Source of the DNA: Thermoproteota archaeon | GTDB lineage: Archaea > Thermoproteota > Thermoprotei > Thermofilales > B9-G17 | Reading direction: 5' to 3' | Assembly: GCA_029258885.1 (NCBI GenBank) | Contig: JAPDJW010000001.1 | Span: 64,001-128,000 of the forward strand | Length of the DNA stretch: 64,000 bases | Shown here: in pieces, positions 14,484-23,714 of the stretch | Layout: the number at the start of each line of letters is the position of its first letter | Numbering within the stretch: the first letter of the stretch is position 1 | Made by a program: the position numbers and the translations under genes | The notes under the pieces: model-generated | What the model was told of the DNA's origin: nothing | Seen by the model: the letters and a program-made list of their open reading frames with translations, nothing else | Databases searched by the model: none

Positions 14484-14589
14484 AAAGCTATCACTCTATA
14501 ACTTCAAGATAACTTTTAAATAATTGAGTTTACGATGCATATTCTAATTAGAGAAAGCTTATATTAAGGAACTATTATACATTTTGATG

Positions 14590-14663
14590 GGGCCCGTAGC
14601 TTAGCCAGGTAGAGCACTGGGCTCTTAACCCAGGGGTCGCGGGTTCGAATCCCGCCGGGCCCG
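14590..14663 (+). tRNA. tRNA-Lys(CTT)
   Basis: Complete cloverleaf, CTGGG-CT CTT AA-CCCAG, G1:C72, no intron. Confidence 0.97.
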
Positions 14664-14794
14664 CATATTTTTCATATATGTGAAAAGCAATATCTAAAGT
14701 ATTAAAAAAGTTTAGCTATCTGGAAATAATAACTTAGTAAAGTTTATAAAGCATGGTTTTAAGGAGTAGCTCCTCAAGTTTTGAAGAGTGTTAA

Positions 14795-15244
14795 TTATTG
14801 ATTCGCTTGTGTTAAACTTTGCTCTTTACGAAATTCTTCAAACAACTTTTTTATTCTCTCTGCCATAGGTCCTGTTCCCTCGACCCCCTCATCCGTAATC
14901 CTAATCCTATCCATAACCATTATGGCCCTTGCTTCGGGGTAGTATTTAACCATCCGTGGAAATACTTTTTCTAATCTTTTAGCAAAGCCTTCAAGGTCTA
15001 ATGGAGGAACTTTAGTATAGATTTCAGAAATCACGTGTTTCATTATAAAGACTCTGGCGTATTTTTCCCCCTTATCATCCTCGGCCTCTTTCAGAACTAC
15101 ATCCTGATTAGTATCGTAACCTAGTAGTGTGCCAGTAAATGTTCGTCCGTTAATAGTCCTAACTGATATTACCTTATTCAGAAGAGAGGCCATCTCACTA
15201 TTATACCTCTTCGAGGGTGTTAAAATCATGCTCACGTTACTCAC
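14795..15244 (-). CDS. Sm-like protein with C-terminal domain (SmAP3)
   Basis: Sm1 motif GRTFTGTLLGYD..QDVVL, Sm2 motif, about 70-aa extension. Confidence 0.85.
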   Translation of the reverse strand: MSNVSMILTPSKRYNSEMASLLNKVISVRTINGRTFTGTLLGYDTNQDVVLKEAEDDKGEKYARVFIMKHVISEIYTKVPPLDLEGFAKRLEKVFPRMVKYYPEARAIMVMDRIRITDEGVEGTGPMAERIKKLFEEFRKEQSLTQANQ

Positions 15245-15361
15245 CTTTGCTTATATACTCCCAATACTATATTAAACGTTTCTGAATTATCTGCAAAAGC
15301 TACAAGTAAACGTTAACGTTAAAACTCAGAATTAAAAATAAGACTTAAAGAGGAGAGATGC

Positions 15362-15577
15362 ATGAGTCCAAGCGAGAAAGTGTGCTCAATTAAAGGATGC
15401 AGTAATCCATCGGTCAAAACAATCTCTCTCGAAATGTATAGGAAATCAGGGTTAAATCTAGAATTAAAGGATGATATTAGAAGGAAAGTCCATTTATGTA
15501 GGGAACACTATAAGGAATATAAGAGATTTATTAAAAAGTATCTAAGGCTGGAGAGATGGAGACTATGGAGAACATAG
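15362..15577 (+). CDS. Small putative zinc-binding protein upstream of polB1
   Basis: CSIKGC...LCREHY; overlaps the polB1 start. Confidence 0.65.
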   Translation: MSPSEKVCSIKGCSNPSVKTISLEMYRKSGLNLELKDDIRRKVHLCREHYKEYKRFIKKYLRLERWRLWRT

Positions 15578-18072
15578 GAGAGAAGTTTAAGGAGGTTTTT
15601 CTTCTTCTGTCAGTAGCATATGATGGTAATGCAGGTAAGGCTTATTTAAAATTATACGATGTAGCTAATAATACCATTAGGGTATGGTATGACAGTTCTG
15701 GACATAAGCCCTATCTTCTCACAAACCTCTATCCGGAAGAGATAGCTGATAGATATCCTCAAGTCATCTCTCATCCGGGCTTTGACCACATGGAGGTTGT
15801 TAAAAAGATGGATGTACTTCGAGATAGGGAGATATTCTTGACAAAAATAGTTGCCCGTGATCCTCTCTCAATAGGAGGATCTAGGAAATCTATAAGAGAG
15901 ATCCTGCCTAGGACCTGGGAGGCTAGGATTAAGTATCATTTATGCTATATATATGATACTCAGTTGCTACCGGGAATGTTTTATGTGATTAGGAATGGTA
16001 TGCTCGAAAGGGTAAGGATTAGTATACCATTGGATGTTAAGAGGAAGGTAGAGGGCATATACTCAGAAAAAGAAACAGTAAAGAAGGCTTATGATTGGCT
16101 GGAGCTCTTTCAAGCTCCAATTCCCTTCATAAGAAGGATAGCTCTTGATATAGAGGTATATTCTCCTGTACCGGACAGGATACCTAACCCTAAGGAGGCT
16201 AATTATTCCATAATAGCTGTAGCCTTTGCTGCAAACGATGGCTTTAACGAGGTGGTCATTTTAAAAAGAAAACATGAAAAAGAGGATTATATTGCATCGT
16301 CATCCTATAATGTGAGATTCTTTGAGGACGAAAGAGAAATGTTGCGTTATGTTTTTAAGGTAATTGAAAGCTATCCTGTAGTTCTAACATTTAATGGCGA
16401 CAATTTTGACATGCGTTATCTGTTGCATAGGGCTAAGTTACTGGGCATAAAGGACGAGGAGATACCTCTTCATGGGGGAAGGGACGAGGTAAACTTAAAG
16501 AGAGGTGTTCACATCGATCTTTATCGTTTCTTTAATAACCATGCAATGCAGGTATATGCCTTTAGCAACAAATATCAGGAGACGAAAACACTGGACACAA
16601 TATCCCAAGCATTAATAAATGAAGGAAAAGTGCATATAGATAAACCGATATCAGAGCTTTCATACCAGGAGCTAGCGAACTACTGTTACCAGGATGCCTA
16701 TTTGACACTTAAATTAACCACCTATAATAACGACTTGGTGATGAAGCTGATTATTCTGCTAATGCGTATCTCGAAGCTTCCCATGGAAGATATTATACGT
16801 CATAGCATTTCGCACTGGATCAAAAGTCTTATGTATTTTGAACATAGGAAAAGGGGATACTTGATACCTAATCCTGAAGACATAATGAGCATGAAGGGAA
16901 AAACATATACTAAGGCTATAATCAAAGGTAAAAAGTATCTCGGTGCAATAGTTATTGATCCGCTTCCCGGTGTATTCTTCAATGTTATAGTCGTGGATTT
17001 CGCGTCACTTTATCCATCCGTCATAAAAAGGTGGAATTTGTCATATGAAACTATCCTTTGTCCACATGAAGAATGTAAGTCAAACAAGCTTTTCGGACTT
17101 CCCTACTGGGTGTGTAAAAAGAAGAGGGGTCTAATAGCCGAAATTGTAGGCTTTCTAAGGGACTTCAGGGTCTTCATATATAAACCATTAGCTAAAGATC
17201 CGAACATAAATGAAACCTTGAGGAAGCAATATGACGTAGTTCAGCGTGCGCTCAAGGTTTTCATAAATGCAAGCTACGGCGTCTTTGGAGCTGAAACCTT
17301 TCCCTTATATTGTCCCCCCGTTGCTGAAAGCACAACTGCGTTGGGCAGGTATGCAATCTATTCCGCGATAAAGAAGAGCGAGGAGGAGGGACTTGTTGCA
17401 CTTTATGGCGATACCGATAGCCTCTTCATATGGAATCCCAAAAAAGAAGACCTAAGTAAGGTTATAGAGTGGGCAAGGACAAATTTAGGAATCGATCTAG
17501 ACATTGATAAAAGATATAGATACGTGATACTGAGTGGGTTAAAGAAAAACTACCTTGGAGTAACAGTGGAGGGTAAGCTAGATATCAAGGGGCTTGTAGG
17601 TAAAAAGCGAAACACACCGCTATTTATCAAAGAGTTATTTAGCGATGTTTCCCATAAGCTATCGAAGGTCGAGGATATAGGGGATATAGATAAAGTGCTG
17701 AAAGAAATAATTGAATTAGTAAGGGAGAGCTACTATAAACTTAAAAACAAACATTATTCTCTGGATGAGCTTGCCTTTAGAGTAGCATTAACGAAAAATT
17801 TGTCTGAATATAATAAGACAACACCACAGCATGTTAAAGCGGCTAAGCAGTTAAAGAGATTTGGTAAAGAGATAGTAGTTGGGGATATAATCAGTTTTGT
17901 GAAGACAAGGGGTAAGGAGGGAGTTAAAGCTGTTCAACTAGCAAGAATAGATGAGGTTGATGAAACCAAATATATTGAGTATATTGAGACGACATTCAGA
18001 CAAATACTTGAAGCCTTAGGCGTAAACTTCGATGAACTACTGGGTACTTTTCACATAGATAAGTTTATGTGA
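15556..18072 (+). CDS. polB1: Family B DNA polymerase, PolB1
   Basis: DIEV exonuclease I motif, DFASLYPS, K..xNxxYG, YGDTDS; PolB1-type N-terminus. Confidence 0.95.
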   Translation: METMENIGEKFKEVFLLLSVAYDGNAGKAYLKLYDVANNTIRVWYDSSGHKPYLLTNLYPEEIADRYPQVISHPGFDHMEVVKKMDVLRDREIFLTKIVARDPLSIGGSRKSIREILPRTWEARIKYHLCYIYDTQLLPGMFYVIRNGMLERVRISIPLDVKRKVEGIYSEKETVKKAYDWLELFQAPIPFIRRIALDIEVYSPVPDRIPNPKEANYSIIAVAFAANDGFNEVVILKRKHEKEDYIASSSYNVRFFEDEREMLRYVFKVIESYPVVLTFNGDNFDMRYLLHRAKLLGIKDEEIPLHGGRDEVNLKRGVHIDLYRFFNNHAMQVYAFSNKYQETKTLDTISQALINEGKVHIDKPISELSYQELANYCYQDAYLTLKLTTYNNDLVMKLIILLMRISKLPMEDIIRHSISHWIKSLMYFEHRKRGYLIPNPEDIMSMKGKTYTKAIIKGKKYLGAIVIDPLPGVFFNVIVVDFASLYPSVIKRWNLSYETILCPHEECKSNKLFGLPYWVCKKKRGLIAEIVGFLRDFRVFIYKPLAKDPNINETLRKQYDVVQRALKVFINASYGVFGAETFPLYCPPVAESTTALGRYAIYSAIKKSEEEGLVALYGDTDSLFIWNPKKEDLSKVIEWARTNLGIDLDIDKRYRYVILSGLKKNYLGVTVEGKLDIKGLVGKKRNTPLFIKELFSDVSHKLSKVEDIGDIDKVLKEIIELVRESYYKLKNKHYSLDELAFRVALTKNLSEYNKTTPQHVKAAKQLKRFGKEIVVGDIISFVKTRGKEGVKAVQLARIDEVDETKYIEYIETTFRQILEALGVNFDELLGTFHIDKFM

Positions 18073-18081
18073 AAAATATTT

Positions 18082-18492
18082 CTATTCCTCTATGGGCGAT
18101 GATGCTAGCTTGGCGTATTCGATTGTTTCATCCTTTATCTTTTCATTAATATATGGCGTGACTATAACTACACTTCTTATTTCTATTTTATCTTCTCGCC
18201 ATACATTATCATATGATATTTCATACATTGGAAGACTAATGTAAGCTTTATCTCTGCTTCTTCGAAGGTTGTATTTGCGTAGAATATTAAACATGTCCTT
18301 GGGTAGAGGTAAATCAAGTTCAAATGTTTGTTCTTCTTTTGTAACAATGAAATCGGAAGCTGATGGATCCCATAGATTTAGTAGTTCTGATACTAGCGAT
18401 TTAACGGTTAGAGGTAAATTATCGTATTCTATCAACTCTATTTTCTCGATGCTACCTCTCTTACTATGTACTATAAGTAACTTTTCTTTCAT
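18082..18492 (-). CDS. Conserved crenarchaeal hypothetical protein (DUF2286-like)
   Basis: WDP..SDFIV and YEISYDN.W pattern, from recollection of the family. Confidence 0.55.
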   Translation of the reverse strand: MKEKLLIVHSKRGSIEKIELIEYDNLPLTVKSLVSELLNLWDPSASDFIVTKEEQTFELDLPLPKDMFNILRKYNLRRSRDKAYISLPMYEISYDNVWREDKIEIRSVVIVTPYINEKIKDETIEYAKLASSPIEE

Positions 18493-18803
18493 GTTTTTCC
18501 CTCTCTAATCTTCTCCTCTAAGATATCTTTCGCTTTAATATAATCTATTTTGCCTTTCTTATTCAGAGGAAATCTCGTCATTACATGCTCTATTTTACCA
18601 TCCTCATATTCTATAAATATCTGAGGCAAATCTATTCCACCAATCTCATCACGTTCACCATATTTAATTAGGAAATCCCAGTCTTCGTCAAGTACCTGTA
18701 ATTCTAAGTTATATGCATCACATATTTCTCTACATAATCGGACAGCCTTAGACTTTAAAGGATCATATTCGGCTGTTGCCAAAATAACCCTTCTAACCGC
18801 CAT
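18489..18803 (-). CDS. Thioredoxin/glutaredoxin-like fold hypothetical protein
   Basis: CREIC and DEIGGIDLPQIF motifs. Confidence 0.55.
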   Translation of the reverse strand: MAVRRVILATAEYDPLKSKAVRLCREICDAYNLELQVLDEDWDFLIKYGERDEIGGIDLPQIFIEYEDGKIEHVMTRFPLNKKGKIDYIKAKDILEEKIREGKT

Positions 18804-18913
18804 GATACTTTTATGCTCACTAGAGTAATATATAGCTTTTCATACACGCTAAAAACTATGAAACAGTCTCTATAGGTGGAAACATTTAACTATTTCCTAT
18901 GGACTTATATTAT

Positions 18914-19010
18914 GGGCCCGTGGCCTAGTGGAAAAGGCGGCGAGTTTTCCCGTAAGCCTGCGGATAGTGTAGAAAGCCGCAGAGCGTGGGTTCGAGTCCC
19001 ACCGGGCCCA
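18914..19010 (+). tRNA. tRNA-Arg(GCG) with two introns: 29/30 (18943-18955) and 37/38 (18964-18974)
   Basis: Removing both gives GCGGC-CT GCG GA-GCCGC; BHB central helices GCGG/CCGT and CTGC/GTAG. Confidence 0.9.
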
Positions 19011-19119
19011 TTTCATCATTAATGATATGCTTTTGATGAATATGTTCTACAAAGATTTAGCGAACGACATTGGCGAGGAAAAGTTTATTGGCAACGCCGA
19101 ATTTTACATTTTGGTTGCT

Positions 19120-19548
19120 ATGTCGTCGAAGGAGTTCCCCTATAATTATGAGGAATTACTTGAAAGAGCGTATAAGCTTTTGCCGAAGAAGGTTACTGTA
19201 AGAGTTGAGAGGTTTAAAGTACCGAGGCCAGAGGTAGTTATTAGTGGAAAAAGAACTTTCATCCAGAACTTCAAACAAATATGCGATATATTAAATAGGG
19301 ATCCGAAAATAGTATTAAGATATCTGCTTAGAGAGCTCGCGGCGCCAGGCGTACTTGAAGGAAATACAGCCGTAATTATGGGGGAAAAATCCGAGCGTGT
19401 AATCAGATCTATAATCGATAGGTTTGTAAAGGATTACGTAATATGTCCTGTATGTAAACAGCCTGATACTTCACTGGTTAAGGAGAAGAAGATGATGTTC
19501 ATAGTATGCATGGCCTGTGGAGCGAAATCTGCTGTCAGACCTATATAG
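19120..19548 (+). CDS. eif2b: Translation initiation factor 2 beta subunit
   Basis: YEELLERAY, RFKVP, NF..I...LNR, CPVC...CMACG; ATG 19120 preferred over 19027. Confidence 0.93.
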   Translation: MSSKEFPYNYEELLERAYKLLPKKVTVRVERFKVPRPEVVISGKRTFIQNFKQICDILNRDPKIVLRYLLRELAAPGVLEGNTAVIMGEKSERVIRSIIDRFVKDYVICPVCKQPDTSLVKEKKMMFIVCMACGAKSAVRPI

Positions 19549-19619
19549 CCTGGATATATTAAGGGTTTTAATAATTGTCTTTATATATTATGGCCTGGAT
19601 ATAGTATCTTGGTGGTTTA

Positions 19620-20372
19620 ATGGTAGCTAGATTTGTCTTTGGGGATGCTAGAGAGTGGAGGTATATTGTCGATAGCCTAGCAACACTCATAGAGGAAGCT
19701 AATTTCATAATGGACCCTACGGGGTTAAGGCTTAGAGCATTAGATCCTTCGAGAATAGCTATGGTTGATTTTATGCTCCCCTCAACGGCATTTGAGGAGT
19801 ACGAGTGTGATGAAGAGACGCGAATTGGTGTGTCGTTCGACGACCTAAATAAGATCTTAAAGAGAGGGAGGGCAGACGAACGCCTCGTGTTTGAGGTAGC
19901 AGAGGATCGTCTTAGAATCAAGATCATAGGTAAGATTGAGAGAATATTTTCGCTGCCATTACTAGACATAGGTGGTGAGGAGTTAAAGCGGACGCCTAAA
20001 GTATCCTTTACTGCAAGAGCGCGTATGCTCAGCGATACATTATATGATGCCATTAAGGATGCAACATTAGTGAGTGATAGCGTGAAATTTTCAGCCAAGC
20101 CTGAGGAATTTATAATCTATGCTGCTAGTGATAAGGGAGAAATAAACGTACGTTTCACGGAGGAGGGAGGTGCACTAATAGAATATGAAGTTTCTGAACC
20201 CGCTGAGGCCGTCTACAGTCTCGGATACCTCAATGATATCCTGAAAAAAGCGAATAAAGTATCAGATATGGTATTAGTTGAATTTGCAACAAACAATCCA
20301 TTATCGCTAACGTTCGATGTTGTAGGCGAAGGAAAGCTAACATACTTCCTTGCTCCTAGAATGGAAATGTAA
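19620..20372 (+). CDS. pcn: PCNA sliding clamp
   Basis: ALDPSRIAMVD, YSLGYL, YFLAPR. Confidence 0.95.
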   Translation: MVARFVFGDAREWRYIVDSLATLIEEANFIMDPTGLRLRALDPSRIAMVDFMLPSTAFEEYECDEETRIGVSFDDLNKILKRGRADERLVFEVAEDRLRIKIIGKIERIFSLPLLDIGGEELKRTPKVSFTARARMLSDTLYDAIKDATLVSDSVKFSAKPEEFIIYAASDKGEINVRFTEEGGALIEYEVSEPAEAVYSLGYLNDILKKANKVSDMVLVEFATNNPLSLTFDVVGEGKLTYFLAPRMEM

Positions 20373-20391
20373 CAAGGAAGATAAATGAAAT

Positions 20392-21441
20392 ATGGAAGAG
20401 ACGGTAATTTTTACTCTAGAGGATAAATTTAAGTATCCCTTTACTGCACAGGCCAGAGACCATATAAGAAAATTAAATTTTTCAATAGATGACCTAGCAT
20501 TACCCATTGGAAGAACAGTGCTTTCACTAGCTAAAAAACGTATTTTAGACGCAATTAGAAGGGAGCCATTTGCTAAGGCAGAGCCTAAGGATATAGACTT
20601 GGAAATAGGTCTTCTATCTTTTCCAACGTCCATTATAATTCTTGCTCAAGTAAGCGATGAAAGATTAGTAAGAGTATTTGCTATTTATGAGTCAAAAAAA
20701 GTTAGAAATTTTCTAGAGGAAGAAAATACCAGAAAGATAGTATATATTGCCAGAAATGGGTTGGGATGGGATATAAGAAGTGGCTCCAGAAAATTTAATT
20801 TAGCGATAAGGTTCCATTATTACCTGACGTATCAACCAGAGTATTTAGGAAGCTGGAAGCTTGTTAATAAGGTACTTCACGATGGCTATGTTCTAATAAC
20901 GAGACATGAGCTAATAAGACTAATTGAGGAGTTTTCTAAAAGATACATAATTAAGGCTTGCAACGAAGCCAGAATAAGCAGACTTCCGGAATCATTATCC
21001 ATTGCAATTGAAGAGATTAGCAGGGAATGGGCTAGTGTTCGAGCAAAATATGAGTTACCAAAAATATTATCTCGAGTAGATGAGAACGAAGTGTATCCCC
21101 CATGTATAATCAATCTGCTAAATCTTGTAAGGAGAGGAGAAAACATACCTCATTCTGGGCGTTTTGCGTTGGCAACTTTCATGTTAAACATAGGCAAAAG
21201 CGTAGATGAAGTTATAGATCTCTTTAGAACAATGCCTGATTTCGACGAAAATAAGACTAGATATCAGGTTGAACATTTAGCTGGACTTCGCGGGTCTAGG
21301 ATAAAGTATAGTACATTTAAATGTTTAAATATGAAGTCTCTCGGTCTCTGTGTAAAGGATTGCAAGGATATAAAACATCCACTTCAGTATTTTTATAGAA
21401 AAATAGGGAGGAAATATGGATCCAAAAAAACTAATGTTTAA
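20392..21441 (+). CDS. priL: DNA primase large subunit
   Basis: PPCI...H.GRF.LATF...PDFDE.KTRYQVEH, Fe-S cysteines. Confidence 0.93.
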   Translation: MEETVIFTLEDKFKYPFTAQARDHIRKLNFSIDDLALPIGRTVLSLAKKRILDAIRREPFAKAEPKDIDLEIGLLSFPTSIIILAQVSDERLVRVFAIYESKKVRNFLEEENTRKIVYIARNGLGWDIRSGSRKFNLAIRFHYYLTYQPEYLGSWKLVNKVLHDGYVLITRHELIRLIEEFSKRYIIKACNEARISRLPESLSIAIEEISREWASVRAKYELPKILSRVDENEVYPPCIINLLNLVRRGENIPHSGRFALATFMLNIGKSVDEVIDLFRTMPDFDENKTRYQVEHLAGLRGSRIKYSTFKCLNMKSLGLCVKDCKDIKHPLQYFYRKIGRKYGSKKTNV

Positions 21442-22669
21442 CTGCTTTAAGAGATATTACCGAAAAAACCCTGACATAGTAGTCCCTAACAATATTAAGC
21501 AGAGAGAATTCGGTTTTATCTTATTCATAAACGATGAAATGATAAGGCATACGGCTTTTCCAAGTAGAGAAGAGCTAGTAAAGTATTTGAAAGAAAAAGT
21601 TCCGAGGCATGCATACTACTCTACTGCATACTACGTGGATCCGTCAGCTCCGGATATGGCCTCTAAGGGCTGGTTAGGGGCAGATCTAGTATTTGACATA
21701 GATGTGGATCACATACCGACCGATTGCAAGGCTGATCATGATTTTTATCTGTGTCAGGACTGTGGAGGTATATCTATATCGGGCGAACAGTGCAGTGTAT
21801 GCGGGTCCAGTCGCATTAAAAAGGTGACGTGGGTATGTGAAAGATGCTTAGACGTTGCAAGGGAGCATGCACTAAGACTTATAGATATCCTAATTTCAGA
21901 TTTTGGTTTTAGCTCCAATGAAATTGAGATAGTTTTCTCGGGACATAGAGGTTATCATATACATGTGCAAAATAAGGATATTCTAGAGCTGGGGCAAGAC
22001 GGCAGGAGGGAGATACTTGATTATGTTAGAGGCGAAGGAATAGATTTTCGTTTTCTGCCTGGTTTTAACATACCGAGAAAGGGCAGTAAGTCTATTAGCG
22101 CCAGTATAGATTCGAGAGGTTGGCCCGGAAGAATAATGAGATCCCTATATAATATCATTCTTAATTTAAACGAAAATAACTTTCATGAAATATTATCTAG
22201 GGAGATAGAAAGAGATGACTTAGAGTATATACTAGAAAATAGATCATTCTTCTTGGAAGAATTGGAGAACCCAGATAAAGGATACGTAAACCTGCTTAAA
22301 CTGAGGAGGAAAACACTTTTAGCACTGCTAGAGTCGGCCGTAGATTTTTCTAAAGTTATAGTCGACGAAAAGGTCACAATAGACACTAAAAGACTGATAA
22401 GACTGCCTGGTTCTCTCCATGGAAAAACTGGTATGGCTGTTAGAAAAATTTTGTTCTCTGACTTAGAAAATAAGAGTCCTGTTGACTATGCCATAGTATT
22501 TGCGGAAAATGAATACTTCAAGATAAAGGCTAAGTTCTTTCCAAGGCATATCCTCGACTTTAAGATAGAAGATAAAAAAGGCAATGGCTATATTGTCGTA
22601 CCGAAATACATAGCTATATATCTTATAGGAAATGCTAGTGAAATAGTGGAGGCAATTGAAGTTATATAG
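21416..22669 (+). CDS. priS: DNA primase small subunit
   Basis: REFGF, ADLVFDID, FSGHRGYH, D.KVTID.KRLIRLPGSLHGK; Cys-rich zinc insertion. Confidence 0.94.
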   Translation: MDPKKLMFNCFKRYYRKNPDIVVPNNIKQREFGFILFINDEMIRHTAFPSREELVKYLKEKVPRHAYYSTAYYVDPSAPDMASKGWLGADLVFDIDVDHIPTDCKADHDFYLCQDCGGISISGEQCSVCGSSRIKKVTWVCERCLDVAREHALRLIDILISDFGFSSNEIEIVFSGHRGYHIHVQNKDILELGQDGRREILDYVRGEGIDFRFLPGFNIPRKGSKSISASIDSRGWPGRIMRSLYNIILNLNENNFHEILSREIERDDLEYILENRSFFLEELENPDKGYVNLLKLRRKTLLALLESAVDFSKVIVDEKVTIDTKRLIRLPGSLHGKTGMAVRKILFSDLENKSPVDYAIVFAENEYFKIKAKFFPRHILDFKIEDKKGNGYIVVPKYIAIYLIGNASEIVEAIEVI

Positions 22670-22684
22670 AGGTGTTAAGACGAT

Positions 22685-23206
22685 ATGATTAACGATAAGG
22701 TTACTGAGATATTAAAGGAATTAACGAGGACCTTATTAAGGGAGTATGAGGAAAAAAAGTTGATTCAATTAGATAGGTATTTCTATCAACGCCTAATGAA
22801 GTGTATTTCAAAGCTAAGGTCTTCTCCTACCGATGAAATTAAATTACGTGAGCATTTAATTGATTTTCTTACAAAAAGATTTCGTGAACTTATTACAGTT
22901 AGAATGTGTAAGGCTATGTATTCTTATGCGTTAGATGGGAGCATAGAGCGCAATTTTTTACTTCCAGAGGAAAAACAAATATTAGATATAATATTAGGTA
23001 AAATAGAGAAGCTGGTACAGGGACAACGCATAGAAATCCATGGTTTAAAACGCGAGTATAGGATCGTCAGATTCCTAAAACCGTATCCAAGGTTCGTAGC
23101 AAGCGATAGCCTTAGTTATGGCCCCTTCGCAGCGGAAGACATAGCCTTCATTCCCTCATCTGACGCTAAAGACCTAAAGGAAAGAGAAATAGTAGAAATA
23201 ATCTAA
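22685..23206 (+). CDS. GINS subunit Gins15 (Gins51)
   Basis: Helical A-domain (R..K), LLPEEK, C-terminal B-domain (YGPF.AED); canonical position after priS. Confidence 0.8.
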   Translation: MINDKVTEILKELTRTLLREYEEKKLIQLDRYFYQRLMKCISKLRSSPTDEIKLREHLIDFLTKRFRELITVRMCKAMYSYALDGSIERNFLLPEEKQILDIILGKIEKLVQGQRIEIHGLKREYRIVRFLKPYPRFVASDSLSYGPFAAEDIAFIPSSDAKDLKEREIVEII

Positions 23207-23302
23207 CTACTTTATCAGTAAGAGATGTGTTATAGTGAATTTTACCCGAGCCTAGAGAAAACTTTATCCAATAGTAATTCGATATAGGGATAAACCGAAA
23301 CG

Positions 23303-23635
23303 GTGACAGTCATGGTTAAGTTTTGCCCTAAATGCGGCGGAATAATGTTAAATAAGGGCGGTTCAACAGTTAAATGTATAAGCTGTGGTTACGAGGAAGT
23401 CGTAGGAGAATCCGGTAGCAATGTAAGGATAGTTAGACGTAATAAGAAGAAGGAAATCGTAGTCATTGAGGAAGAACCGCAGGTCAGGTTACTACCTAAA
23501 ACTAACATAACATGTCCTCGCTGCGGCTTTAATGAGGCATACTATTGGGAAATTCAGACGAGAAGCGCTGATGAGCCTGCAACGAGGTTCTTTAAATGTG
23601 TAAAATGCGGTTATTCATGGAGAGAGTATGATTAG
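23303..23635 (+). CDS. tfs: Transcription factor S (RpoM/TFS)
   Basis: FCPKCG...CPRCG...QTRSADEPATRFFKC. Confidence 0.95.
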   Translation: MTVMVKFCPKCGGIMLNKGGSTVKCISCGYEEVVGESGSNVRIVRRNKKKEIVVIEEEPQVRLLPKTNITCPRCGFNEAYYWEIQTRSADEPATRFFKCVKCGYSWREYD

Positions 23636-23714
23636 GAGAAGGAATCGCATGTTAGCATTGCCGAAGTCCTAGCGAAAGCTTAATAAGACGTAGTTCTATA
23701 AGTGATGTACTGTT

